Shown in pieces: positions 46,701 through 59,098 of a stretch of DNA of 64,000 nt. The notes under the pieces are model-generated. The model was not told where the DNA came from. It did not search any database and was given only the letters and a program-made list of their open reading frames with translations. The DNA comes from Phaeosaccion multiseriatum. Its lineage: Eukaryota > Protista > Ochrophyta, other classes. How positions within the stretch are numbered: position 1 is the first letter of the stretch; every line of letters starts with the position of its first letter. The stretch lies in assembly GCA_965112735.1 (NCBI GenBank), contig OZ218953.1:310001-374000 (forward strand), written 5' to 3'. The position numbers were made by a program, and so were the translations under genes.

Positions 46701-49700
46701 ACTGAACTTCCTTTCCTCGAAGGCTCTACGGAGCAAACTTACCCACAGAGACCGGTCGTGGCGAGTGCGGAAGGCAGAGTCAAGCACTTTTTCGCTTCCG
46801 ACGCTCTCGAGGCTGAAGAGCGAGCTGTCGCCGTCGTGCTGCAGCTCCGGGTGGTTTGCCCGCGTCGCGGCGTCTCCGAGGAAAAGATCCAGAAGGTATG
46901 GGGGTGCGTCCCTCTTGAAGCGCTCGGCCAGATCTGTCCAGTTGCCGTAGGAGAGGTCTTCACTCAGCTTCTTCACCTGCAGGACGGACTCGTCCTTGGC
47001 CACGTCAAGGCCGTCGATGAGATCAAAGTCGGTGGCGGCGTCCCTGAATCCGTCAAAAAACAGGTCGTTCCAGTTCGTGACGCTCAAGGGCTCCAGCTCG
47101 CTCATATCCTCGCAGCTCTTCACAGCGGCCTTCACTACGCTCGCAACGAAGGCTTCCTTCTTGGCGTCACCGTCGTCGCCTATTGGGGTGGGGCGGGGTC
47201 CAGCCAGGCACAGGCACAGAGGAAGGAGAGGTTTGATTCTTGCTTTGTTCATGATAGCACTTGAACGACCTCGTCCCTTGCCACACACAATAAGTACTTG
47301 AACGACCATCTCCCACTTGTGTGCTACGCAAAAGACGCTGCCTTATTGTGCCTTTCCGTGTTCGTTTTTGTCGCGGAGACCAAATCGACAACAAGGGCGC
47401 GGAACGCTCCGACCGGCTGAAGTGTGTGTGTATGTGACCGCGGCCATCAATGGTGCGATGAGCTATGACCGCAGCAATACCAAGTGGGACACACACCCTT
47501 GCCTTAGCGAGAAGCTCGTGGGACACACACACCCTTGCCTTAGCGAGAAGCTCGTGAGAATTGCCATCCTCCTTGCCTGAACATACCTTCCCAGTCGCCT
47601 GACTCGGCCGGCTTGGCCACGACGAAGCAGAGCTCGCGCACGATCGTATCGAACGACTGCTCCACGAAGAGGGCACTCCTCACGAGTGTCCGTAGACTCG
47701 CAGAGGTATCGGGGTCGCCCAGTAGCAGCGGTTGCCACACTCGAGCTCGCTGCTCCCAAGCCCTGGGCATATAGATGATCGTCAATACCACCGGTATGGA
47801 AACGGGGGTGAGATGCAAAGGTTCGTCAGTTTAGGGGGAGAGAGGCCGGCCGCCGCAGGCACTGCACGCGTACGTGCGCTTCCGCAAAACTTCTGCCATC
47901 ATACTACGTACGCTTGCTCGCTTCTCTCTTACCTGCGGATAAGTTGAGCCGCGTTCTTGTACTCCTCGTCCACATCACTCATGACCTCCAGGAGGTCCCA
48001 GACAGGCACGAGAGCCTCTGCAGCCAGCCAGAGCAAAAGAAGGAGAGGGGGAGGGGGCAAGCAAGAGGGAGGACACAGCCACAGTGATCGGGGGAGGGGG
48101 GTTGTGAGGATAAAATGCAGCTGCGACACACCACCCCCTGCCCAGCTACGCTACAGTCCATCCCTCTCCCTCCCTCCCTCCCTCATTCACTCACTCCCTC
48201 ACTCTTTCCCTCTACTACTACACTCCTTCCGTCTCCCTCCCTCCTCACCCAGCCAGCCACTCTCACTCACCCAACGGGCCCCTGTCAATGCATGACCATG
48301 ATCGGGTGTTCTGAAGCAGCTCCTCACCGAAGCCGTCCACTGAGGCAGCGTTTGGACCGAGTGACTGAGCGAGAGAGAAAAAATGAATGAAGGGGGGGGG
48401 GGGGATTGATGAGGATGTGCTGGTGTCTTCAAGTCTAACATGAGCTGGGCTTCCTGCCCTCTCTCTCTTGCTCCTTTACGTACTCACCTTGACCGTGGTC
48501 TCGAAGAAAGCCGTCTCCTCGCGTTCGTCTGTGTTCTCTCCCGTCGCGTTGGTCTTGAACTTCACCTTGGAAGTCTCTGTGCTTTTGCTGAAGTTGGCGC
48601 CAAACCCTCCACTGATACCGAGACCCTTGATGCTTAAGCTTCCGCCCAAGCCCAGACTGTTTGGAAAAGACAAAAACACGTGTTGATTGTCATCGGGGGG
48701 AGTTGTCGTACAGGAGTTGGCTTGTTGGGTTTAGCCGGCCGGGTCATATCAAATGTGAGTGAAGCAAGAGAGGGCACATGTCTTGACAAGTTTGTTTCTT
48801 GTTCAATAAAAAGGGACAATCGTAGCTACCCCGCACACTGTCAGCCTCTCACCCCCCCCCCCAAAACTCACTCACTAACTCACCCCACGGCTTTCGACTT
48901 GCCCTTGGTGTTGCTGTTATGCTCGCCCGCCTCTGCAAAAAGTTGCTCCGTGGAGACTGCTTTCTTGGAGCTCATGGTGGTGGTGCGGAAGAACACCCCT
49001 CCCAGCAAGTGCCTTCCCATAGAGACATCTGCAAAGGGAAGTGGAGGGGGGAAGCGGGTCGCACCCGAGGAGAGGCAGGGGGTGGAGGAAGGAGGGAGAG
49101 AGAGGGAGCGAAAAGGTGCGAAAGAAGGGAGGGAGACGCGGAGGAGGCGAGTGTCAGAGTGTCAGAGTGGTCCTTTACTAGGGGCTCTTCCCCCGATACG
49201 GCCTCACTTACCATAAAAAAACAGCGACGGAAGTCAAAGCAAAGCAAGGCAAGCAAGGCAAAAGCAAGGGCGGAGGATGTAACTTACGTGAGCCGAACAT
49301 GTCAAGGAACGCCTTGGCCTTGAGCGTGGTGTCGACCTCTTTGGCGTATTTCTTGGCCTCTTCCGTCAGCTTCATCTGGTCTCGCGGAATACGGAAGGTC
49401 CGCATGGGGCACTTGACATACTCCAGAATGATCGCCGTTTTGGCGAGGCCCTGTCTGGCCAACTCCTTGGTCTCTTTCTCTTGTTCCGCCTTGACCTTTT
49501 CCTTTTGTCGTGTGTTACCCCCCCCTTTCGTCCCAGTCCCCGCCGCGGCAGGGCCACCAGGAGGGCCAGGCTTCGTAAATGATGCCGACCCTCCCTTGGA
49601 AAGCCCAAACGACGTGACGCTGCTTTCGGCTACGGACACTCCCGCAGAGGAGACGGTGCTGATGAAACTGCTCGCAGCTGATTCCTCAGTGGTCTTGAAG

Positions 49701-51791
49701 ACGCGGCTTTCCAACCCGGTGTCGGGCCCCGTCCTGTGGTAACAGTGGTTGGTTGCAGGAGAGAAATAGGGGGCGAGCGAGAGGATGGAGGTCTAGCGAG
49801 TGACGTAGGTTGAGCACCATACAACAACAACGACATCAACAACAACAAAAACAGCAACAACAGCAGCAACAACAACAAAAACAACAACAGCAACAACGAA
49901 CAGACTCGCCCTTCCCCTCCCCAGCCAGCCAGCGCCATACTTACATTTCAACGAAGGTTGGCTTCTGCAGGAGCGGAGCGTAGGGGCGTTGGGCGATGGT
50001 GCCGTCGTCGAGGTCGCCAAAGAAGGACACACCGTACAGAGCGATGCCCCCCGAAGCTCCAGCCACGAGATCTTCGTTGTTCTCATACGACTTCAGCACC
50101 CCGTTTCCGGTGGGGAAGGACAGAGCAGACTGGGCTTCAGCCTCTGCGAGCAGGCGCGCCGACCCTGCAAGAAAGAGGGGTGGAACAAGAAAGAACAAGA
50201 AGAGGTGGGAAGCGAGGCGAGGCGTGTGTCGGAGGGATGGAAATGGATTCAAGCTTTCTTGGAACATCAGGCAGGGGGTTTTCCTAGTTCGGGCAAGACA
50301 AGGTGCGTTGTTCCGACGCATAGCTAGCTGGGCTTTGAACACTCGGGCCGCTCCTTCATCTCCCACCCACCTTGCAAATTGGCCTTCCAGTCCGCAGGCG
50401 GCTGTGCTGCCTGCCTGACCTCGTCGAGGCGCTGCGCCAACTCGTCCTCGCTCTTGTTCACGAGGTCCTGCAGGAGTCCATTGTATTGTTGGGGGATCAT
50501 GTCAGAGTGAGGCGTGGGACAACCAATCGCAACAAGAACAGGTCAGGCCAGGGTACAGCCACCCATCCATCACACTCCAGCCACCACCCTTCCACTTCTA
50601 CCGAGGCACTGCCCGTTCGTGCCGTAAGCCAAAGGCCAAGAGGTTAGAGGTCTTAGCCTGCCTGTGTTACAGCCATGCACGCCCCCTTATTCTACTGGCT
50701 GGACTGCTGCATGCAAACATAAATACACGGAGAAGAACACTCCCACTTCTTCCGCCGCTGATCCCTATCTCCCCCCACTCCCCCCCCCCCCTCTCTCTTC
50801 CTCTTCTTCCTAGTCTTCTTTCCTTCCCAACAAAACAAGAGCAAGGTAACATTTCCCTCTCCTGCCTGGTGTGATAAACGCCGAGTCAGTAGGCCGGCAA
50901 CCTACACCTCTTACTTCTCTTGACTTACTTTGGTGTTGAGTTTGTCGAGCGCCGCTTGGGTCTTGTCGGCATAGGCCTGGGCCTGCTGGACGTGAGACGC
51001 CATTGTATCCGCCGCAATATTGGCTTGAGACTTTGGCAAGTATTTCCCAAGCGCACGCGAGAACGCGCCTGAAGCGGCAGGGCTTGATATGAGACCCCCA
51101 AGCGCACTGCTTATGCCGCCAGCACGAGGCGGGGCAGCACCGCCGGGCCTGCTTCCGTTGTTTTGCATCGCTTGGAGCTTGGCTCCAAGAAGCCGGCTGC
51201 TGTTGGTGGTGGTGGTGTTGTTGTTGTTCGTGGTGATGGTGGTCTCCTTCGTGACGATGGTTCGGACGTGCTCGCTAATGTCCGCGGCTTTGAACACTTT
51301 GAGCCCTTCCAGAACCTCGGATAGCTCCATGCTCAAACCTTCGGGGCATGGAAGAGAAAGGGAGGAAGTAAGTGGCTGAGGGAGTGAGAAACCAAGCAAG
51401 GGAGTGAGCGACGGGGTGAGAGAGTACGTGAGGGAGTGAGAAACCAAGCTAGGGAGTAAGCGACGGGGTGAGAGAGTGACTAACAGTGAGGGAGTGAGTG
51501 AGTGAGTGAATGGGTGAGTGAGGAAGGAGTGAGTGACTGGGTGGGTGGGTGAGTGACAGAATGGTGATTTTTCTGAGCTACATTAGTGGGCTGAACAAGA
51601 GAATGAGTGCGCACTGGTTGTGGGGGCGGGTTGGAATGGGGAAGAGAGGAGATGTTCAGCTGTATACGATAATAACCGTGGCGCTTGCAACCCTCCCTGC
51701 CTCAGTCTCACCGTTGGCAAGTAGCTCTGAGCGAATGGCCGGGACTCCCGGCGCGGACGGCTCTGCAAATAGCTCCTTGATGAGCTGCGGG

Positions 51792-51823
<32 letters not shown>

Positions 51824-53470
51824 CAGAGAGACAGAGTGAGAGAGAGAGAAAAGGAGGTGAAAAACATGTGCGAACGAGGTAAGGACTACTTAGACTAGGA
51901 CCGAGTGACGTCTACCAGCATCGAACCAAAGAGGTTATTATACTCTTTAGCTTCATACTTCTCGGATTCCAGAACCCTACCTTACCTCGCGATCACTGGG
52001 TCCTGCAACTACGGCGGTGTCGTCCTCGCCCTCCTCATCGTCTTCCTCGTCTTCTTCATCGGAGCCTTCATCCTCGTCAAAATCCCCCTCCTCTTCTTCT
52101 CCTTCGGCTTCTTCTCCTTCGCTTTCCTTTCCCTCGTCCACCTCCGCATCTCCTTCCTGCGAGTCGTTGCCATCATCTAGCAGCAAGTCGGAACCGAGCA
52201 GGTCGTTGATGGCACTCCACTGCATGTGCTGCAGCTCCGTGATAGTCTTGACCTTGCTTAGCAAGTCCCTTGCCCACGCAGCGCTCACATTCACCCCTGC
52301 ACAGAGTGTGGTGAGTATAGTGAGGAAGCAAGTGAGGGAAGGAGGGAGTGTGTGAGTGGGCAAGTTAGACTAGTGAGTTGAGTTAAGCGAGTGGGAGAGT
52401 GAGTGAGTGAGTGAGTGAGTAATGATGTGAAGCAGCTAAAGAGTGAGGGAGCCGCTTTGACGTACCACGGCTGAGGAGTGCACCTCTGAGCTGCAGCTCT
52501 CTTCCCAGAAGCAGGGTGAGATCGTCCATCGCGTCGTCCTTCTCGTCCGCTTTGTCGTCGTCGGAGATGGCGGGGACATCCAAGACACCTGCTCCACCAC
52601 CGGGACAGCGAAACGCAGAGGGGAGGAGCATGCATGAGGTGCGGTTTTTCTTCAAGGTAGGGTGGGGTTAGTTGCTCACCTTGCTGCTTTAGGCCGTGCA
52701 GGTACACCGCAATGGCAGCGTTGTCTAGCGTGGCTAGGCCCATCTTCACCAAGACCAAACTCTTGTTCTGGCCGACCTCGGCACGCTTTAGAATAGCCAG
52801 CAATGGGGGGGCCAGGGCCTCGTCCGCAAGCTTCTGGAGAGCAAAGCGGGAGGAGAGGCTATGTGCCGGCTTTACAGCAGCGACAGCCTCCTCCTCTCCA
52901 GCCGAAGCGGCGGGGGCACCAGAAGCAGCAATAGCATACTCTTTCTTCTTTCTCTCGTCTTCAGCTTGTAGCAGCTCACTCAAACATCCCAAAACGAATC
53001 TCCTCTTTTCGGCCCCGCGAAGGCCGGCGCTTAAAGTCTCGATCTCCTTCACAGCAGCACTCACTGGATCCTCAGCCATCGTAGCATAGACTAGCGGTGC
53101 GGCGGCGGCGGTGTATGTGTGAGGTGTGTGAAAAGCAAAGGGGGTATCTTCAATTTTCGCTCACTTCTCCTTCTCTCAGGCAGGCCCTTTAAACCCCCTT
53201 CAACAAAGCAAGCAACGAAAGGCCGTCCGTGACCAAACTCGTTGAGCACCGACTACAGCAGCACCGGCGTTGAGAGAGCACAGAAGGGCGCTGTGCTTTA
53301 GGGAGTGATGGAGTGATGGGAAGGAAGAGGGGGGGGAAGGGGTAATTTCCTTTCCCCCCCCCAACTGCCAAAACTGCGATAATCATACAACTATTTTTGT
53401 TGGGGGGTAAAGATCTAACATTTTTTTTTTGTAACTGCATCGCTGTAGATTCCTACTGAAACTGAAACTA
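43765..53470. repeat. Segmental duplication copy 2 (~9.7 kb)
   Basis: Starts after a poly-T/A tract (AAAGTACAACCCAAATA shared with ~31824); last shared block GCTGTAGATTC..CCTACTGAAACTGAAACT at ~41361-41392 and ~53442-53469. Confidence 0.95.
44647..53079 (-). CDS. GVIN1-like MACPF pore-forming domain protein with C-terminal beta-trefoil/MIR-like region, copy 2 (18 exons, apparently intact)
   Basis: Same exon chain as copy 1; ATG 53079 (MAEDPVSAAVKEIETL); MACPF core exons ~47933-50164; exon 45850-46182 is in frame; TAA at 44647-44649. Confidence 0.82.
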
Positions 53471-53651
53471 ATATTCTCTCTCTCCTCTCCCCCCCCCCCC
53501 CCCAGAACGGTTTTCGACTGATACAGAAGATCTCGCGATTGATGTGGAGAGGAGGAAGTATGTGTCCTCTTTCTTCCTTCTCTTGCCTGAAGAAAAAGGG
53601 ACAAAGATAAAAGGGTTGCATCGCACCCTGGCCTCCAGCTTCAAATAGCCA

Positions 53652-56600
53652 ATGAGTCGGGAGACGACGAGCCGCGTGGGGGCTCCCCACTTATGGTTGC
53701 GAGGGGAAGCGCCGCTCTCTTTCAAAGTGATGCGCTTTGTCTTGGCTCTGGCAGTAAAGGTGGGTTGGTAGTTTCCTTCGCTTCACAGCTGCGCCTATGT
53801 CCTTACGCGCGCGCTCCCTGTCTCTCTATCCCTCTTTCTTCCCTTGAAAATGCATGCAGGCATTTTACAACACCATCGAAATCTCCAACTCGCACTGGCT
53901 GGCCGACTGTGAGTAGAAGGGAGTTTTTTGCCGTTGCTCTCTCGCGTTTCCTTGGCATCTCACCCCCTCCCGCCTGCTCTTTCTTTCCCAATTCCTCTTG
54001 CACGCAGCGGATGAGAACGAAGCAGTCATCCTCTGTGCAAATCACGGTAAGTATACTTGTTCCAACCACGGTACAGCAGTGTAGTCAAGCCGCCCCCCGC
54101 CTCCTCCTCGGACCCCCCTCGCTTGCTCTCCTCCTGGCTCCCATGAGACCGCCAACCCGACTTGACACTTGCCCTCTCCCTCCCGCCCCCCGCTCCCTCT
54201 CTCTCTCTCCTTGACTGCTTGATCCGTCGGTACTCTCGGTGCTATCCATCCGCCAGGCAACTCCCTGACGGACGCCATTATGGTTATCATCTCCACTTCC
54301 TCCCACTTCGTTCGTCTAACGGCCAAGGACACGGTGTTCAAGTCGCGCTTCTTCGGCGCTGTTGTTAGGGCGGTGGGTACTATCCCTATTCAACGGAGAA
54401 CGGAGCATGGCGACAACGCGGACAATACGCAGAGTATGGCCGCGCTACACAAGGCCCTGGGGGAAGGCGGATGCGTGTGCCTCTTCCCGGAGGGCATCTC
54501 CAGGTCAGGGCGTGCGTGAGCACATGTGTGTGTGTGCGTGAGTGCGTGCCTTCGAGCACCTTCTGTGCTGCTGTCCCGTCCTGTCGCGCTCTGGTGCCTT
54601 TGCTTGTGCGGCCAGGACCCCTCTTCACCCCTCCTCCCCTTCCCCCTGCTGCCCTTCCCCCTTCCTCTTCTGCACCCCCCCTGACCCCCCCTCCTTCTTA
54701 ACCCCCCCCCCCCCTTGACCCTCTCCCCATGACCTTTGCTCCTGACACCAGATACATGTCAGGACTGGCGACGCTCAGGTCCGGCACGGGCCGCATTGCC
54801 CTTGAGTTGCTCAAGTCTAAGCTCGACGAGGGGCATACGGACTTCACCGTCACTCTCGCGCCCATGGGGTAAGGCAGGCCGGCAGCACGGAGGGAGGAGG
54901 GGAGGGCATGGTTGCATCCCTGCGTCCCTGCATCTCTGGCCTCCTCTCTCCTCTATCTGTGTTTGTTTGGGTCTGATCTTGTACCCAAATGGGCCCCTCA
55001 CCAACCCCCCCTCCCCCCCCCCCCCTCCTGCAGCATCACCTACCTCCAGCGCGAAAAGTTCCGCTCGGACGTGGGTGTGTCTTTCGCAGAGCCCATCAGA
55101 CTCAAACCCGAAGATTATACGAGGTGCGGTGGTCACAATGGGACCCCACCAAGTCATTAAGTGGCACCGCACCACTTAAGAAGGAAGGAAGGAAGGAAGG
55201 AAGGAAGGAAGGGTCCGGACGGATTCCAAGTATGAAGCTGAGCAAGCTCGCGCATTCTTAGACGCTTGTGTGCCCACCTCCCCCCCTCCCCTCCTCCTCA
55301 ACTCCCCACCCCTCCACCCCCTTGCCTCCTCCCAACCGGTTGCTGGTGTGCCCCTGTCTGTCGCAGGTTGCTTGCTGAGCACGGCTCCGAGTACGAGGCA
55401 GCTAAACACATCATGGACAGAGTGCAGAAGGGCCTGCTCGGCAAATGCGTGTCAGGTCAGTGAGCGTCAGTTCCGAGTCAGATTGCTCTGCCAGGGACGA
55501 ATGCCCCCAAGAGTGCCCGCGAATGCCGCCTTGTCAGTGAATTGTCGCACGTCCTTTCCAAGCCCCCTCCCTCCCTCTCCTCAACGGCAAACGCCCCGCT
55601 CCCCCCCCGTCCCACCTCTCCCACCCTCCCTCCCTCCCTCCCTCCCTCCCTCCCTCCCTCCCTCACTTACTCACTCACTCACTCACTCCCTCTCTCCCTC
55701 TCTCCCTCCTTCCCTCCCTCCCTCCCTCCTTCCCTCCCTCCCTCCTTCCCTCCCTCCCGTCCTCCCGTCCTCCCGTCCTCCCTCCCTCCTTCCCTCCCTC
55801 CCTCCTTCCCTCCCTCCCTCCCTCCCTCCGCCCCTCAGGCGTGGACTGGGACGCCGTCAACGCCGCCATCACCGCCCGCTCTCTCTACGCCCCCCTGGGC
55901 ACCAGCATTACCCTCACACAACACGTGCAGCTCACCGGCAGCTTCGCCAGATACCTCTCAGTGCTGCCCACCAAGGAGAGGGAGCGACGCCTGCTCACGC
56001 GCTCCCCTTCTTCCCCGGATATGTCTTACTCGGAGGCCAAGAGCGAGGAGGAGAGCAATGAGGTGCTGAAGGTAAAGACCGACCTGCTGCACTACAGGTC
56101 AGTGAGTCAGTGAGTGAGTGAGTCAGCGGGTCGGTAAGAGAGGAAAGAGGACCTGTCAGTCAGTCAGTCAGTCAGTAAGTGAGTCAGTCAGTCAGTCAGT
56201 CCACTGTGGACTCAGTGGGAATGGTGATCAAGGTCGTCTTGTCTCTGCCTACTCCTTCCAGAGTCATCTACGCACCTTCCTTAGCTTTTCCTCCCCTTAC
56301 GCACCTGTCCTCCTGCCCCTCCGTCTCCTCCTCCCCTGCCGCAGCGACGGCCTGGACAGAGTGGGTCTCTCCGATGAAGCTGTCCGTCAGGGAGAGCAGG
56401 CCCTCTTGTACATCGCCTTGTCCTTCCTGTGGGCCTCATTCCTGCTCAGCATCGCTCTCCCGGGCCTCCTCTTCATGTCCCCGGTCTTTATACTCGGCAA
56501 GGTGGCAGAGCTGCGAGCCACTCGACTCACTCACGCCACCCCCGCAGAAATCGCCAACATCGTAGACGAAAGTAAGTCTGTCTATCTGGCTGGCTGGCTG

Positions 56601-58378
56601 GCGGGCGGGCTTTTTACTAGAGAGGCGAGGAGACGGCGGGCGAGAGAAAGGAGGGGTAGGAAGGGGTATGTGTGGGGGGGGCTTTGGAGAACGAGCTTTA
56701 CAAGGGCTGTACTGCTTCCTTCTTGCGCCCTACCACACCGGATCGAGGCACTCGTGCTCCGAGCCTCAGCCCCCCACCCACCTCCTCTCGTCCACTCATG
56801 TACCAAAGGTGTCCTGCCTCCTCGCTCTCATCTTGAGCCTTCCCTGCCTCCCCAGTCCACCGCTTCTGCTCTGCTTGCCCTTGGACCTACCGTGGCTTGA
56901 TGCGTGCGTGTGTGCGTACAGAGTGCTCCCTCCTCACCCCTGCTTTGCCCTTGACCTTGCCCTCGGCCCCGCTCCCCTGGCCTTGTGCTTGGTTGTGTCG
57001 TGTTGTACTGTGTGTGGTTGCTTTGCGCGCCTTGGACAGTCCCCGCCTTGGCCTGCGATGTGTTTCATGCGTTGACAGCACCGGCCTTGCGTTTGTTGCG
57101 TGCTCTGACGAACTGCCTGCACCTCGACGAAAGTAAGTTTTGCAGTTTGTTCTGCCAGCATCAAGGACCTAAGCACACGTCCTCCTCCTGCTGCTCCTCC
57201 TCCTGCTGCTGCTGCTGCTGCTACTACTGCTGGTGCTCCTCCTCCTGCTGCTACTGCTACCCCTCTCTCTTCTCCCTCCCCCTCCTTCCCTGCCCCCTCC
57301 AACCCATCCTCCCTCCCTCCCTCCCTCCCAACCAACGCCCCGCTGTTTCTCTTTGTCCATACAACCACCCCCTCTCTCCTCTCCCTGGTGGTGGTGGTGG
57401 TGGTGGTGGTGCTGCTGCTGCTGCCCGCCCACGCCCCCCGCCCCATCTCCTGTGCCTTCTCTTTGCCGTACCCTCATCCACACACACACACGCACACACA
57501 CACACACACACATCACTCTCTCTCTACGCCTCCCCAGTCGCCCAGTTCAAGCTCGCAGTGGGCGTGCTCGTAATGCCGTGGGTGCACTTTGCAGCAGTGG
57601 TGTGTGTGTGCCGCTCCACTGGCATATCCGCCCTGCCTTGTGCGCTGCTCGTGGTGCCGCTGTGGCTGTGGGCCTCTCTGCGGTGGCTTGAGGACGGTTT
57701 CGCGTCCCTCAAGGCCGCGCACGACTTCTTTCGAGCTCGGAGGGTTGCACACACCGCGCTGCCCGAGATGGCCAAGATCAGAGAAGAGCTAGTCAGACAG
57801 GTGTGTCTGTGGGCGTGCGTCTGTGTGCGCGCTTCTGTGCGTGTGTGTGTGCGTGGTGTGGGTGGTGTTGCAGTCGCTGCTCTGCCCAGTGCGTGAGGTG
57901 GTGCTTAACACTCTGGCGCGATAGGGTTCATTCAGTAACTCTCAGAGAGATAACAGAGAGAGGGAAGGGGGGAGAGTCCAACCATGTCTGTCTGTCTCTT
58001 CTTCCGTGGGCTGTGATGTGACAGCCCCCCCCCCCCCTCACCCATCCTCATGCCAGGCCATTGCCCCCCTCCCCCCGCTGCTTTGCAATGAATTGCTCCC
58101 CTCAGGTTCGCTCCCTCGCCGAGAAGCGCGGCCTACCTTCGCTCGAAGCCCTCCTCAAGGAAAAGGAGGAGAGGGCCCCCAGCGGGCTGCTGTCTCGCCT
58201 GGCCTACTTTTCTCTGAAGAGGCGCCACAAGGCCCGCTGGGGGGAGGTTATGCGCTTGGCCAATCAGCATCCCGACTACCCCGTCCAGGTCATCCGGAAG
58301 CAGGAGGAGAGGAGGAGGAGGAAGGAGGGAGGGCCTTCCGCGCACCCGGGCGCCATTCACGTGACGCTAACCTCGTGA
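53652..58378 (+). CDS. Glycerol-3-phosphate/DHAP acyltransferase (PlsC domain, Sct1/Gpt2-like)
   Basis: Spliced motifs VILCANH|GNSLTD (block I, HX5D), RLTAKDTVF..GTIPIQRR, CLFPEGISR, LRSGTGRIAL, ITYLQREKFRSDV; C-terminal TM segments (IALPGLLFMSPVF; LWLWASLRWLEDG); TGA 58376-58378. Confidence 0.9.
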
Positions 58379-58938
58379 TTCGTGGCTTGTGAGTAGCCTT
58401 GGCCGTGGACATACACAGTCTGCACGAACGCACGAGCAAGAACCAACGCCCACTCACCCCTCTTGGCGCTGCAGACTACACACCCGAGCGACTCGTCTTG
58501 TCTCTCCTGCATGCTGAGAAGGCTTGAGAAGGCCTCACTCAGCGAGAGCAGAGTCAGAGCGAGAGTCAGGGAGAGAGAGAGAGAGTCAGAGAGAGAGGGG
58601 CTCCGAAGTCGGCCTCCAGCATCGCCTTTCGCTTGAACTTAAAGCTTGCAGCGCAAGCGGGCATTGAGAACTGTACAAGCCACCAGCCGCTAGCTGGAAG
58701 GGGCTGCAGGGCGTCTACACGGCTGGAGCTGCAACAGGGCCACAGGGCCTCGTGGGCTTGGTAACTTGCTCCCCACTGTGGTGGCATGTGGGCAATGTTT
58801 GTGCTGTGGCTGAGTGCTTGGTGAGTACTATGGCTGAATGCTTTGCTGTAGGGACGGCAGAGAGATGGCCGGGCCTCTGTCACTCTCTCGCTGACACCTA
58901 GTCACGCGCAGCGGCAGACGAGCAGAGCAGTCCCCAGA

Positions 58939-59098
58939 GTGACAGTGTGACAGTGTGACAACGTGACAATGTGACAGAGTGACAGAGTGACAGTGTGACA
59001 ATGTGACAGAGTGACAGAGTGACAGTGTGACAATGTGACAGAGTGACAGAGTGACAGTGTGACAATGTGACAGTGTGACAGTGTGACAGTGTGACAGA
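58939..59098. repeat. 8-bp satellite (GTGACA+NN) x20 with a 32-bp higher-order unit
   Basis: Variable dinucleotides run GT,GT,AC,(AT,GA,GA,GT)x3,AT,GT,GT,GT,GA. Confidence 0.9.

Noticed and set aside
47486-47556. 35-bp tandem duplication in a copy-2 intron (similar small ones at ~46216-46260, ~28765-28830, ~19274-19328)
   Set aside because: Ordinary local slippage duplications with no further structure.
52291-53079. Apparent frameshift near the 5' end of MACPF copy 2 in the ORF track
   Set aside because: The indels fall inside intron 1; the spliced exons stay in frame.
31820-53470. LTR retrotransposon interpretation of the direct repeats
   Set aside because: The repeats are ~9.6 kb, contain intron-rich genes, and no gag/RT/integrase motifs or TG..CA ends were seen.
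1403-58378. Functional lipid gene cluster (GPR107, VPS13, C2/perilipin-like, GPAT)
   Set aside because: The thematic link is loose, one assignment is tentative, and there is no evidence of co-regulation or conserved synteny; chance adjacency is sufficient.
58939-59098. CRISPR-like repeat-spacer array
   Set aside because: 8-bp units with 2-nt variation and no unique spacers; eukaryotic context with no cas genes.
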